This document shows positions 48,782-58,723 of a stretch of DNA of 64,000 bases, one piece after another. Under the pieces are notes generated by a model, which saw only the letters and a list, made by a program, of their open reading frames with translations, was not told the DNA's origin and did no database searches. Source of the DNA: an uncultured Planctomycetota bacterium (GTDB taxonomy: Bacteria; Planctomycetota; PLA2; JAEUHO01). The stretch covers positions 320,001 through 384,000 of the forward strand of contig CAVVXN010000001.1 of assembly GCA_963752285.1 (NCBI GenBank). The letters run 5' to 3'. Each line of letters starts with the position of its first letter. The stretch's first letter is position 1. The translations under genes and the position numbers were made by a program.

Positions 48782-49744
48782 GTGCACGTCCTCGTGACCG
48801 GCGCCGCCGGTTTCATCGGCTCGACGCTCGCCGACCGTCTGCTCGAGCTCGGGCACGACGTGACGGCGGTGGACTCGTTCCACCCGTACTACGAGCGCGC
48901 GATCAAGGAGCGGAACGCCGCGGGCATGAAGGCGCACGCGCACTGCCGCTTCCTCGAGATCGACCTCGCGTCCGCCGACCTCTCCGGGGCGCTCGACGGC
49001 GTGGAGGCGGTCGTGCACCTCGCCGCGCAGGCCGGCGTGCGCGGGTCGTGGGGCACGTCGTTCTCGACGTACCTCGACGCGAACGTCCTCGCCACGCAGC
49101 GCCTGCTCGAGGCCTCGCGGGGCCGCCGACTCGCGGTCTGGGTCTACGGCTCGAGCGCGAGCGTCTACGGCGACGGCGCGACGGACGCCGTGGACGAGTC
49201 GCGCCTCCCCGCGCCGCACAGCCCGTACGGCGTGACGAAGCTCGCCGGTGAGCATCTCGCGCATCTCTACCGCGCGGTGCACGGCGTCCCGACGACGAGC
49301 CTCCGGTACTTCTCGGTGTACGGGCCGCGCGAGCGTCCGGACAAGGCGATCCAGCGGTTCCTCGTCGCGGCACGCGACGGGGGCGAGATCCGGGTCTTCG
49401 GCGACGGGAGCCAGCGCCGCGACTTCACGTTCGTGGGCGACGCGGTCGCGGCCACCCTGGAGGCGCTTCGCCGCGCGCCGGTCGGAGAGACCCTGAACGT
49501 CGCGCGCGGCTCCACCGTGCCCCTCTCCGACGTCCTCGAGATCGTCCGTCGCGTCACGGGGGCGACGCCGAGGGTCGAGCGGCAGGGGACCGAGGCGGGG
49601 GACGTCCGCGTGACCTCGGCGGTGATCGACCGCGCCCGCCGGGTCCTCGGGTACGAACCCGAGGTGGACCTCGAGGCGGGAATCCGCCGACAGTGGCGCC
49701 ACGTCCTCGACGCGGCCGGGGAGCTCCCGACCGGACGGCGTTGA
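48782..49744 (+). CDS. NAD-dependent epimerase (UDP-glucuronate 4-epimerase-like)
   Basis: VTGAAGFIG, HLAAQAGVR, SSASVYG, YGVTK, YGPRERPD, RDFT. Confidence 0.88.
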   Translation: MHVLVTGAAGFIGSTLADRLLELGHDVTAVDSFHPYYERAIKERNAAGMKAHAHCRFLEIDLASADLSGALDGVEAVVHLAAQAGVRGSWGTSFSTYLDANVLATQRLLEASRGRRLAVWVYGSSASVYGDGATDAVDESRLPAPHSPYGVTKLAGEHLAHLYRAVHGVPTTSLRYFSVYGPRERPDKAIQRFLVAARDGGEIRVFGDGSQRRDFTFVGDAVAATLEALRRAPVGETLNVARGSTVPLSDVLEIVRRVTGATPRVERQGTEAGDVRVTSAVIDRARRVLGYEPEVDLEAGIRRQWRHVLDAAGELPTGRR

Positions 49745-49899
49745 CGATCCCCGGGATCGGGCACGCCCGTTGCCACGGGGAGGGCGACGGCTACCGGTGG
49801 GGAGGGTCCCCGCGGGGCCGCGGGCGGGGTCCGCGTCGCCAGCCGGCGCGCTCCCGGGCTAGGATGGCGGTCGTTGGGTGAGGGCGGAACGGAGGCCCG

Positions 49900-52407
49900 A
49901 TGTCGCGTTGGCTCCAGCGGGGCTGGTTCCCCCGCTACCAGTCGGCGCTCCTGTGCGCGGCGTTCCTGATCGGGTCCGCCTGCGGGGGAGGCGGAGGCGG
50001 CTTCGCGTCGAAGCCCGTGATCCCCCCGCCCCCGGGCCTCACGGGCCGCGTCCTCGAGTCGGGCGAGTTCCTCGGACGCCTCGCCGAGGCCGAGCCCAAC
50101 GACGCCGCCAGCCAGCCGCACCGCCTCCCGCCCCTGCCGCCGCGCGCCTCCCTGGAGGTGGCCGGCGCCGTCGGCGCCTCGGCGTCGGAACTCGGTCCCG
50201 CCGACCCGACCGACGCGTTCGCGCTCCAGACGATGGACGACCAGGACGTGACCGCCGTGCTCTCGTGGATCGACACCACGGGCACGGTCGAGGTCGGCGT
50301 GACGGTGTTCGAGCCGGACGACACGACGGTCGTCACGCAGGCGCCGCCCGACGGCTCGCCGCGGACCGTCGTGTTCCGCGCGACCGCGGGCCAGGCGTAC
50401 CGTCTCGTCGTGACGGCGAGCGTCGGCGTCACCACGTACGTCCTCGGGATCTCGGCGGCCGACCCCGCCGCCTTGCTCGAGGCGCCGCCCGCGGCGAAGT
50501 CGTCGCCGCGCGTCAAGCCGTCGGCCCTGCTCGCCGAGTCCTGCGCCGCGAGCCACGTACTCGTCGGTCTCCGCGCGGGCGCGGCCGTCGAGGCGGTCGC
50601 GGGACGGTTCGGCCTCGCGCGCGGCCGGCGGCTCGGGCCGGGGGGATGGGTGCTCGAGCTGCCCGAACCCGTGCGCGGGAAGGTCCTCGATCGCATCCGG
50701 ACGTGGTGCGACCGCCTCTCCCAGGACGGGGACGTCCTCTGGGCGGAGCCCGACTGGTTCGTCCGGCCGCTCGGGACCGCGAACGACCCGGATCTCCCGC
50801 GGCAGTGGAACCTGGCGGCGATCGGGGCCCTCCAGGCGTGGAACGTGACCCGAGGCGCCCCGTCGGTCGTCGTCGGGGTGGTGGACAGCGGCGTCGTGCC
50901 GCACCCCGACCTCGAGGGCCAGCTCGCGAAGGGCTACGACTTCATCTCCGACCGGACCATCGCCGGCGACGGCGACGGACGGGACAGCGACCCGACCGAC
51001 GAAGGGGCCCAGGAACGTCCCTCCGGGCGGAGCGAGTGGCACGGCACCCACGTCGCCGCGATCATCGCCGCGCGCGCGGACGACGGCTACGGGATCGCCG
51101 GCGTCGCGCCCGGTTGTCGCGTGATGCCGCTCCGCGCGCTCGGTCGCGCGGGCGGTCTGGTGAGCGACGTCGCCGACGCGATCCTGTTCGCCGCCGGGCT
51201 GCTCACGACGGAAGACGGGCGGACACTCGCCTCGCCCCTCCGCGTGGTGAACCTCTCGTTCGGGCTGGACGTGGACAGCAGCGTCCTCCGGATCGCGTGC
51301 GAACGCGCGGCGACCGCGGGCGTCTTGCTCGTGGGCGCCTCGGGCAACACGGGGGGCGGGGTCCTCTACCCGGCGGCGTACCCGAGCGTCCTCGCGGTGG
51401 CGGCGGTGGACGCGCGGCTCGACACCCTCGGCTATTCGAACTTCGGGCCGGAGGTCGAGCTCTCGGCCCCGGGCGGCGACCGGGGCGCCGACGCCCAACT
51501 CGACGGCTGGCCCGACGGCGTGCTCTCCGCGGTGCTCGACGACACGGTGAGCCCCCCGGTGCCGTCGCACGCGTACCTGGAGGGCACGAGCCAGGCCGCG
51601 CCGCACGTGGCGGGCGTCGCCGCGCTGCTCCTCTCCGTCGATCCCGGCCTCACGGTCAGCGATCTCAGGACCTTCCTCCTGGGTTCGGCGCTCGACCGGG
51701 GAACGCCTGGGCTCGACGTGGCGTACGGCTGGGGCGTCGTCCAGGCCCACGCGGCGCTGCGGCTCCTCCTGGCCGCCCGGGGGACGCCGCTCTCGACCCC
51801 GCCCGCCTTGTGGGTCGCGTCCCACGGCGTGGGGTTCGAGGGGTTCGACACCACCTTCACGGTGCCGGTCGGGAACGCCGCGGGCGGACGGCTCCTGCTC
51901 GGCGATCCCGCCGCGTACACCGACGACGGCGCGGCTTGGCTCTCCGCCAGCGCGGTCCCGGACGTTCCCGGGATCATCGGTTCGAACGTGAAGGGCATCG
52001 CGATCAACGTGGACCGCGGCATCCTCCGCACGCCCGGTCGCTACGCGGGGGTGGTGACCGTCCGGGACGACGTCGGCACGCCGATCGACCGGATCCAGGT
52101 GGTCGCGTACGTCCAGGGGCGGCGTCTCGCGGGCCGTGACCTCCCGGTGCTCGCCGTGGACTCCTCGACCGGCGTCGCCGGCGTCGGCGACCTGTCCACC
52201 GCGGCGTTCGGGTACCGCTGGTGGCTCCCGGCCCTGCCTCCGGGCTCCTGGAAGGTGAAGGCCGGCCTGGACGGCGACCACGACGGCTTCTTCTGCGAGC
52301 CGACCGACCTGTGCGGCTGGTACGGGGGGACCTCCGAGGCGGACGCCACCGTGGTGGACCTCTCGAAGGACGAGACCGTCGAGGGTCTGGACGTGACCGT
52401 CCACTGA
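49900..52407 (+). CDS. S8 subtilisin-family serine protease, probable lipoprotein
   Basis: Catalytic VVDSG, HGTHVA, GTSQAAPHVAG; lipobox-like IGSAC-GGGG; EAEPND pre-domain; C-terminal beta domains. Confidence 0.92.
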   Translation: MSRWLQRGWFPRYQSALLCAAFLIGSACGGGGGGFASKPVIPPPPGLTGRVLESGEFLGRLAEAEPNDAASQPHRLPPLPPRASLEVAGAVGASASELGPADPTDAFALQTMDDQDVTAVLSWIDTTGTVEVGVTVFEPDDTTVVTQAPPDGSPRTVVFRATAGQAYRLVVTASVGVTTYVLGISAADPAALLEAPPAAKSSPRVKPSALLAESCAASHVLVGLRAGAAVEAVAGRFGLARGRRLGPGGWVLELPEPVRGKVLDRIRTWCDRLSQDGDVLWAEPDWFVRPLGTANDPDLPRQWNLAAIGALQAWNVTRGAPSVVVGVVDSGVVPHPDLEGQLAKGYDFISDRTIAGDGDGRDSDPTDEGAQERPSGRSEWHGTHVAAIIAARADDGYGIAGVAPGCRVMPLRALGRAGGLVSDVADAILFAAGLLTTEDGRTLASPLRVVNLSFGLDVDSSVLRIACERAATAGVLLVGASGNTGGGVLYPAAYPSVLAVAAVDARLDTLGYSNFGPEVELSAPGGDRGADAQLDGWPDGVLSAVLDDTVSPPVPSHAYLEGTSQAAPHVAGVAALLLSVDPGLTVSDLRTFLLGSALDRGTPGLDVAYGWGVVQAHAALRLLLAARGTPLSTPPALWVASHGVGFEGFDTTFTVPVGNAAGGRLLLGDPAAYTDDGAAWLSASAVPDVPGIIGSNVKGIAINVDRGILRTPGRYAGVVTVRDDVGTPIDRIQVVAYVQGRRLAGRDLPVLAVDSSTGVAGVGDLSTAAFGYRWWLPALPPGSWKVKAGLDGDHDGFFCEPTDLCGWYGGTSEADATVVDLSKDETVEGLDVTVH

Positions 52408-52510
52408 CCGGGCGGGCGCGAGGACCCGGGCGCCCCGGAGCCGGTCCCCGATCAAGTCGGGGCGGGCGAAAGGTCGATCAGGCGAGGGGCGGCCCCTCGT
52501 TCGCCCTGGA

Positions 52511-53350
52511 GTGTGCCCGGTGGTCAGCCCCGAGTCACGCAAGGCCGAGCGGATCGCCTGCGAGATCCCCGTGCGCCTCCAGATCGGGGGGATGTGGCAC
52601 GAAGTGGTCGTCGTGGACGCCAGTCGTACGGGCGTCCGGCTCCGGATGACCCTCGAGGACCTCGACGTCCCGGAGGGCGCGGGTCTCGGCGCCGTGGCCG
52701 CCTACCTGGAGCGCGCCCTCCCGCGCCGTGCGCCGGCCCAGTTCCATCCCGAACGGCTCGGTGGACTCGTCGAGCGGAACCTGACGATCGTCCGGATCGC
52801 GATCACGGAGGGCGCGCTGGCCCACGTCGAGGTCGGGTGCCGACTCGACCGTCCGCTGAACGACATCGAGGTGGCGGCGCTCGGCCTGCCCCTGCCGCCC
52901 GAGGGGCAGGAGTCGGGCTCCGCGGTGCGGCGCCGCGTGCGAACCGGCTCCCTCCACGCGGACGCGCACAGCACGGGCGCCAACCACGCGCGCCCCCTCA
53001 AGCGCTTCCGGGTGGTGGTGACGGGTCGCGAGGCCTCGCGTCAGGATCCACTCGTCAGCACGACCGACGAGGTGAGCGACGTCGGCGTCGTCCTGCGCCT
53101 CCGCGACCCGCTCGTCTTCGACTGCGAGGCGGGGTCCGGCGACGTGCGCGAGCTGGCCGCCGCGTTCACGAGGCAGTACGGACCGATGGTGGACCTCGCG
53201 ATCCACGAAGGGTCCGTCTCGGTGTTCCGCGGGCCCGCGAAGCTCGTGCGCATCGAGACGGTCGCGGTCGGCTCCGACGTGCTCGAGGTCGGCTTCGCGT
53301 TCGGCCGCGCCCTGGAGCCCGCCGAGCGCCGCGCGCTCCGGCTCGCCTGA
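52511..53350 (+). CDS. PilZ-domain protein (start approximate)
   Basis: RKAER (RxxxR) and DASRTG (DxSxxG); second degenerate PilZ-like half. Confidence 0.7.
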   Translation: MCPVVSPESRKAERIACEIPVRLQIGGMWHEVVVVDASRTGVRLRMTLEDLDVPEGAGLGAVAAYLERALPRRAPAQFHPERLGGLVERNLTIVRIAITEGALAHVEVGCRLDRPLNDIEVAALGLPLPPEGQESGSAVRRRVRTGSLHADAHSTGANHARPLKRFRVVVTGREASRQDPLVSTTDEVSDVGVVLRLRDPLVFDCEAGSGDVRELAAAFTRQYGPMVDLAIHEGSVSVFRGPAKLVRIETVAVGSDVLEVGFAFGRALEPAERRALRLA

Positions 53351-53363
53351 CGCGCCCGGCGCG

Positions 53364-54584
53364 TCAGGCCGACGTCGCCTTGCCCGCCGCGTCGGGCGCG
53401 GGCTGGCCCGGGGTCCCGAGTCCGCGTGCGACGACGAACGTGAGCGCGATGAGGACCGCGGCGATGCCGTAGGGGAGGCGGACGTCCGTGCCGAGGAGCG
53501 CGGTGCCCACGGCCGGGCCCGCGATGCGTGCGAGGCTCCGCATCGACTCGCCGACGCCCAGCACCTCGCCCTGCACGTTCGAGGCCGCGCGCTGCGACAG
53601 CAGGCTCGTGAGCGACGGGGTCATCATCGCGAAGCCGAACACGGCGAGCGGGATCACCGCGCCGAGCAGGATCACGCTCGACGCGTACGGGATGACCACG
53701 AGGCCGACCACGAGCACGACCGCGCCGATCTGCGTGAACCGCACCTCGCCCACGCGGGGCAGGTACTTCCGCACGAACCAGCCCTGGGCCACGGCGAGCC
53801 ACAGCCCGACGTAGGAGAACAGCCAGCCGTTCCGGGCGGGGTTCCACCCGGCGAACCGGTCCTTGGCGAGGAGCGCGAGCGTGCTCTCGAGCATCGCGAA
53901 GGCGCTCGTCACCACGAACACGAGGAACAGGATCCGGGCGACGCCGGGGATTCTGCGCGCCCGGGCGAATCCGGTGAGGCCGAGCGCCCCTCGCGCGGGC
54001 GCGGGCTCGTGGTGGACCGGCTCGGGCAGGCGGAAGAACGCGAAGGCGAAGGCGACCGCCGAGAACGACGCCGCGATCAGGCCGGGCGCCAGCGGCCCGA
54101 GGGCCTGGTGGCCGATCCCGCCGATCGCCGGGCCGACCGTCAGCCCGATCCCGAATGCCGCGCCGATGAGCGCCATGCCGCGCCCGCGCTCGTGGTGTTC
54201 CGTCACGTCGGCGATGTACGCGAGCGCGGTGGTCACCGTGCCGCCGAACACGCCGGCGCCGATCCGCGAGACGAAGAGCAGGAGGATCGGGTACGACGAG
54301 ACGTCCGCGAGCGCGAACAGGACGTACGAGGCGAACGACCCACAGAGGCCGACGAGCAGGATCGGTCGGCGCCCGACGCGGTCGGAGAGGCGGCCCCAGA
54401 AGGGCGCGAAGACGAACTGCATGGCCGAGAACGACGAGAACAGCAGTCCTACGACCCAGTCCGCGGCGCCGTACCGCTCCGCGTAGAGGGGGAGCAGCGG
54501 CAGCACGAGTCCGAAGCCCAGGAGGTCGATGACGACGGTCAGGAAGACCGCGGCGAGCGGAGATCGCTTCGAAGAACGTTCCAT
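53364..54584 (-). CDS. MFS transporter, DHA1/TetA-like
   Basis: DLLGFGLVLPLLP, GRLSDRVGRRP, AYIADVT, GPAIGG; about 12 TM helices. Confidence 0.9.
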   Translation of the reverse strand: MERSSKRSPLAAVFLTVVIDLLGFGLVLPLLPLYAERYGAADWVVGLLFSSFSAMQFVFAPFWGRLSDRVGRRPILLVGLCGSFASYVLFALADVSSYPILLLFVSRIGAGVFGGTVTTALAYIADVTEHHERGRGMALIGAAFGIGLTVGPAIGGIGHQALGPLAPGLIAASFSAVAFAFAFFRLPEPVHHEPAPARGALGLTGFARARRIPGVARILFLVFVVTSAFAMLESTLALLAKDRFAGWNPARNGWLFSYVGLWLAVAQGWFVRKYLPRVGEVRFTQIGAVVLVVGLVVIPYASSVILLGAVIPLAVFGFAMMTPSLTSLLSQRAASNVQGEVLGVGESMRSLARIAGPAVGTALLGTDVRLPYGIAAVLIALTFVVARGLGTPGQPAPDAAGKATSA

Positions 54585-54639
54585 GAGGTCCTACCGGGTG
54601 AGCGTAGGATTCTACGGAGTCATCAGCCGCGAGCAGCGA

Positions 54640-55197
54640 ATGCGGATCTACACGCGTCAGGGCGACGACGGATCGACCGGGCTCTACGGAGGGGGCCGGG
54701 TCAGCAAGGCGAGTCCGCGGGTCGAGGCCTACGGCCTCGTGGACGAGACGAGTGCGGTGCTCGGATGGGCGCGGGCCGCGCACCTGCCGTCGGAGCTCGA
54801 CGAGGTCCTCGCGCGCCTCCAGGACGACTGCTTCCGTCTCGGCGCCTGGCTCGCGAGCGTGCCGGGAAAGGACCCCGGCGTCCCCGCGATCGGCGACGAC
54901 GACGTGCGCGCCGTCGAGCGGTGGATCGACGGCTTCGAGGCCACGCTCGCGCCCCTCAAGACCTTCGTCGTGGCCGGCGGCTCGGAGGGCGCCGCGCGGC
55001 TCCACGTGGCGCGGACGGTGGCCCGTCGCGCGGAACGCGGCCTGGTGGACCTCGCACGCGAGGAGTCCGTGGGGCCCCGGGTAATGGCGTGGTGGAACCG
55101 CGTGTCGGACCTCCTCTTCGTGATGGCGCGCGCGGCGAACGCGAGGGCGGGCGTCGCCGACGTGCCGTGGGCGCCGCGCAGGTCGGACCCGCGATGA
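54640..55197 (+). CDS. PduO-type cob(I)alamin adenosyltransferase
   Basis: IYTRQGDDGSTGL, RVEAYG.VDE, ARTVARRAER, NRVSDLLF. Confidence 0.92.
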   Translation: MRIYTRQGDDGSTGLYGGGRVSKASPRVEAYGLVDETSAVLGWARAAHLPSELDEVLARLQDDCFRLGAWLASVPGKDPGVPAIGDDDVRAVERWIDGFEATLAPLKTFVVAGGSEGAARLHVARTVARRAERGLVDLAREESVGPRVMAWWNRVSDLLFVMARAANARAGVADVPWAPRRSDPR

Positions 55198-56216
55198 GCC
55201 TCTCCGCGTGGCTCGACGCGCGCGGCGCGAGGCGCGGCCCGGGCGGACGCGTGCGCCACCTGGCGGACCCCGGCCGGGAGACGCGTGCGGCGCTCGAGGG
55301 CGCGGCCCTCCTCGTGCGGGAGGGCTGGCGGGTCGTTCGCGTCGCGGGGAACGACGCGGCGGGCTACCTCCACCGCATGACGAGCCAGGACGTCGTCGGC
55401 CTGGCCCCAGGTCGCGCCGCCTGGGCGCTCGTCCTCACGTCGAAGGGGAAGATCCTCGGGGACCCGTGGATCTGGCACGTCGCGGACGGTTGGCTCCTCG
55501 ACCTCGACCCCCGCGCCGGCGACGCGACCCTCTCGACCCTCGAGCGCTACGTGATCGCGGACGACGTGTCGTTCTCCGACGAGACGGACGCGAGCGCGCG
55601 TCTCCTCCTCCTGGGTCGCGAGACCTCGCGCGCGCTCGCGGCGGCGGGCCTCCCGCGTCCCGATCCCGGCCACGTGGCGGACGCGACGCTCGATGGCGTG
55701 GCGATGCGGCTTCTCGGGCGCGCTTTCGGCTCGACGTTCGCGGTCGAGGTGCTGGCGCCGGCCGAGGCCGGCGAGGCGCTCGCCGAGGCGCTCCTTCGCG
55801 GGACGGGCGCGTCGCTCGTCGGCGAGGACGCCCTCGACGCGCTCCGCGCGCGCGAGCGCGTGCCCGCGTTCGGGGCGGAGCTCGGTCCCGAGACGATGCC
55901 CCTCGAGGCCCGGCTCGACGACCTCGCGATCTCGTGGAAGAAGGGCTGCTACCCCGGTCAGGAGCCCGTCGCGATGGCGAAGTACCGCGGGCGGCCGCCG
56001 CACCTCCTCGCGCGCGTCCGGCTCGTGGGCGCGGACGGGGGGCCCGGCCGCCGCCTGCTCAAGGACGGCCGCGACGCGGGTCGCGTCACGACGGTCTCGG
56101 CCGTGAACGAGGCCGAGGGCGTCCTGGCGCTCGCGCTCGTCCGCACGGCGTTCGCCGACGAGGAGACCACGTTCGAGGTGGAGGGCGGCGGGACCGCGCG
56201 GACGCTCCCGGGGTGA
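55194..56216 (+). CDS. ygfZ: YgfZ/GcvT-family folate-binding protein
   Basis: KKGCYPGQE signature; GNDAAGYLHRMTSQDV. Confidence 0.85.
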   Translation: MSLSAWLDARGARRGPGGRVRHLADPGRETRAALEGAALLVREGWRVVRVAGNDAAGYLHRMTSQDVVGLAPGRAAWALVLTSKGKILGDPWIWHVADGWLLDLDPRAGDATLSTLERYVIADDVSFSDETDASARLLLLGRETSRALAAAGLPRPDPGHVADATLDGVAMRLLGRAFGSTFAVEVLAPAEAGEALAEALLRGTGASLVGEDALDALRARERVPAFGAELGPETMPLEARLDDLAISWKKGCYPGQEPVAMAKYRGRPPHLLARVRLVGADGGPGRRLLKDGRDAGRVTTVSAVNEAEGVLALALVRTAFADEETTFEVEGGGTARTLPG

Positions 56217-56259
56217 CGGTCCCGCCCCGCGCGGTCCACGGTCGCGCTACCCTCCGGGC

Positions 56260-57033
56260 ATGACCGACACGTCCCCCCTACGGGACCGCACCGCGATCGT
56301 GACGGGCGCCTCGCGCGGCATCGGCGCCGCGATCGCCCGGCGACTCGCCGAGGAGGGCGCGCTCGTGCTCCTCGTCGCGCGGGGCGAGGACGAGCTCGAA
56401 GGGGTCGCCGCGTCGATCCGCGCCACCGGAGGGCACGCCGAAGCGCGGGCGGTGGACGTCACCGACAGGGCGGCCTCCACGGCGGCCGTCGAGGCGTGGC
56501 GGTCGGCGCACGGGCCGGTCCACATCCTCGTGAACAACGCCGGCGGCAACGTCCGGAAGCCCGCCGAGGCGTACGAGCTCTCCGAGTGGGACGCCCTCGT
56601 CTCGCTCTCGCTGGGCTCGCCCTTCCACTGGTCGCGTCTCGTGTTCCCCGGGATGCGCGAGGCGAGGTTCGGACGCATCGTGAACGTCGCCAGCGTGGCC
56701 GGGCTGGTCGCGCTGCCGACGGGGGCGCCCTACGCCGCGGCGAAGGCCGGGCTCGTGCAGCTCACGAAGAACCTGGCGCGGGAATGGGGGCCCCACGGCA
56801 TCACCGTGAACGCGGTCGCGCCGTGGTACGTGCGGACGCCCCTGACCGAAGGCGTGCTCTCCGACGAGGCGTACCTCGGCGCGGTACTCGCCCAGACGCC
56901 GGTGGGTCGCATCGGTCGGCCCGAGGAGGTCGCCCGCGCCGTCGCGTTCCTCGCGGGTCCCGACGCCGCCTGGATCAACGGGGTGACCCTCCCCCTCGAC
57001 GGCGGGTTCACGGCCGCCGGGTTCTTTCCCTGA
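56260..57033 (+). CDS. Short-chain dehydrogenase/reductase
   Basis: TGASRGIG, NNAG, YAAAK, VNAVAP, LPLDGG. Confidence 0.92.
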   Translation: MTDTSPLRDRTAIVTGASRGIGAAIARRLAEEGALVLLVARGEDELEGVAASIRATGGHAEARAVDVTDRAASTAAVEAWRSAHGPVHILVNNAGGNVRKPAEAYELSEWDALVSLSLGSPFHWSRLVFPGMREARFGRIVNVASVAGLVALPTGAPYAAAKAGLVQLTKNLAREWGPHGITVNAVAPWYVRTPLTEGVLSDEAYLGAVLAQTPVGRIGRPEEVARAVAFLAGPDAAWINGVTLPLDGGFTAAGFFP

Positions 57034-57127
57034 TCCCCGATCCCGGCGCGGCACGGGGAGGATGGACCGCGCGCGGCCGGTTCGGCGGCGCGAGGTGTAC
57101 CCTCGTCGTGACCCGAGGAGCCTTCCC

Positions 57128-58300
57128 ATGCGAACCCCGGCCCGACTCGCGCTGCTCGTGTCGCTGGCCGTGCTCCTCTCGCGACCGGCGCCGGCCGCGG
57201 AGGACATGACGCGCCTCGAGAAGCAGGCGGCGAAGGAGGCGGAGAAGATCGCCGCCACGTGGGTCGACCTCGCGAGGGACCTCGCGAAGCGGGGCATGAG
57301 GTCGGCCGCCGCCGACGCGCTGGGCCGCGCCGAAGCCCTCCTCCCGGAGGCGGAGGGGCTGAAGGACGTTCGCGCCGAGGTCGACGCGCTCGAGGGCGAC
57401 AAGGACCTCGACCCGGACGCCGAGAAGCTCGTCGCCAAGGCGAAGGCCGCCGCGGCGAAAGGCTGCGAGCGGATGTCGAAGGTCTTCGCGCGGGAGACCG
57501 AGGATCCGCGCTACACGCGCTACCTGATCGAAGCGTTCCTCCTCGAGCCCACGAAGCCGAGACAGGCGAAGGTCGCGGACCTCGCGAAGAAGGCGCCGCT
57601 CCTCCTGCAGGTCCCCGGGCACCCGATGGCGGCGTACGTGTCGTTTCCGAGCGCGTGGAAGCCGGGGAAGGAGTGGCCGGTCCTCGTCTCGGTCGAGGGC
57701 GCGGGCTCGAACTTCAAGGGGAACGCCGAGGAGTTCCGGAACGCGCGGGGCTCGCGGCCCTTCATCACCGTGTCGCCCCACGCCCTCTCGTGCACGAACG
57801 AGGTGAAGCTCGATCGCTACCCGGCCTACTCGAAGGAGCTGGTGGAGAAGTGGAACGGCCGCCGGATCGAGTTCGACGTGCCGGGTCTCCTCGGGATCCT
57901 CGACTTCCTCCACGAGGGATTCGGCGCGTCCGAGAAGGTCGCCATCACCGGCTTCTCGGGCGGCGGGTTCCTGTGCTACGCGATGGTCCTCGAGCACCCG
58001 GAGCGGATCCTCTGCGCGGCGCCGGCGTGCCCGAACTTCCAGCCCGGGCTCGCGGAGGGGGCGAAGACGCCCGACGACGGGGGGCCGCCCATCCACATCA
58101 TGACGGGCGAGAAGGACCCGAACCGCCTCCTCACCCACGGCACCACCCCGCCGGGGATCGAGGAGCAGACCGACTGGGCGGTGAAGGCCCTCGCGGACCA
58201 CGGGTTCACGAAGGTGACGCGCGTGATGCTGCCGGGGGTTGCCCACCAGGCCCTTCCCGCCCAAGTCTGGACCTTCCTCGACTCGGTCACCGGCGACTGA
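57128..58300 (+). CDS. Exported alpha/beta-hydrolase (esterase-like) with helical N-terminal domain
   Basis: Signal peptide; TGFSGGG nucleophile elbow, GEKD, GVAH. Confidence 0.7.
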   Translation: MRTPARLALLVSLAVLLSRPAPAAEDMTRLEKQAAKEAEKIAATWVDLARDLAKRGMRSAAADALGRAEALLPEAEGLKDVRAEVDALEGDKDLDPDAEKLVAKAKAAAAKGCERMSKVFARETEDPRYTRYLIEAFLLEPTKPRQAKVADLAKKAPLLLQVPGHPMAAYVSFPSAWKPGKEWPVLVSVEGAGSNFKGNAEEFRNARGSRPFITVSPHALSCTNEVKLDRYPAYSKELVEKWNGRRIEFDVPGLLGILDFLHEGFGASEKVAITGFSGGGFLCYAMVLEHPERILCAAPACPNFQPGLAEGAKTPDDGGPPIHIMTGEKDPNRLLTHGTTPPGIEEQTDWAVKALADHGFTKVTRVMLPGVAHQALPAQVWTFLDSVTGD

Positions 58301-58395
58301 GAGCGTCGCATCCCGACCCTTCCTCCTCCTTGCGTACATTCGTACGCGGCGTCGTCGTCATGGCCGGCCTGCGAGGCTCTCAGTCGCCGGTGACC
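58285..58395. repeat. Perfect 20-bp inverted repeat spanning the hydrolase stop codon
   Basis: ggtcaccggcgactgagagc (58285-58304) / gctctcagtcgccggtgacc (58376-58395); inner hairpin gcgtac-attc-gtacgc. Confidence 0.85.
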
Positions 58396-58413
58396 CCGCG
58401 TGCGGTGGGGGGC

Positions 58414-58672
58414 GGCGCGCTCGCTCGCCCTCGGCGGCGTGCGGAGCACGCCGCCGAGGGCGTCGCCTCGCGGGGGGGCGCGCTCGCTCGCCCTTGGCGG
58501 CGTGCGGAGCACGCCGCCGAGGGCGTCGCCTCGCGGGGTGGGGGCGCGCTCGCTCGCCCTTGGCGGCGTGCGGAGCACGCCGCCGGGGGCGTCGCCTCGC
58601 GGGGGGGGGCGCGCTCGCTTGGGCTTGGCGGCGTGCGACGCACGCCGCCGGGGGCGTCGCATTGCGGGGGGG
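58414..58672. repeat. Tandem array of four 63-66 bp palindromic (REP-like) units
   Basis: Units start at 58414, 58477, 58543 and 58608; each is ggcgcgctcgctcgccct(c/t)ggcggcgtgcggagcacgccgccg(a/g)gggcgtcgcctcgc plus a G-run; fourth unit degenerate. Confidence 0.9.
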
Positions 58673-58723
58673 GTCGCATTGCGGGGGGGCGGCGGTTTGC
58701 GGGGGGATTGGCGGGACGGGGGG

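Noticed and set aside
53364..54584. Acquired tetracycline resistance gene
   Set aside because: Generic DHA1 MFS motifs, host-like composition, no adjacent tetR or mobile element
58414..58672. CRISPR array
   Set aside because: Units are contiguous near-identical repeats with only G-run differences, no unique spacers, and no cas genes in the window
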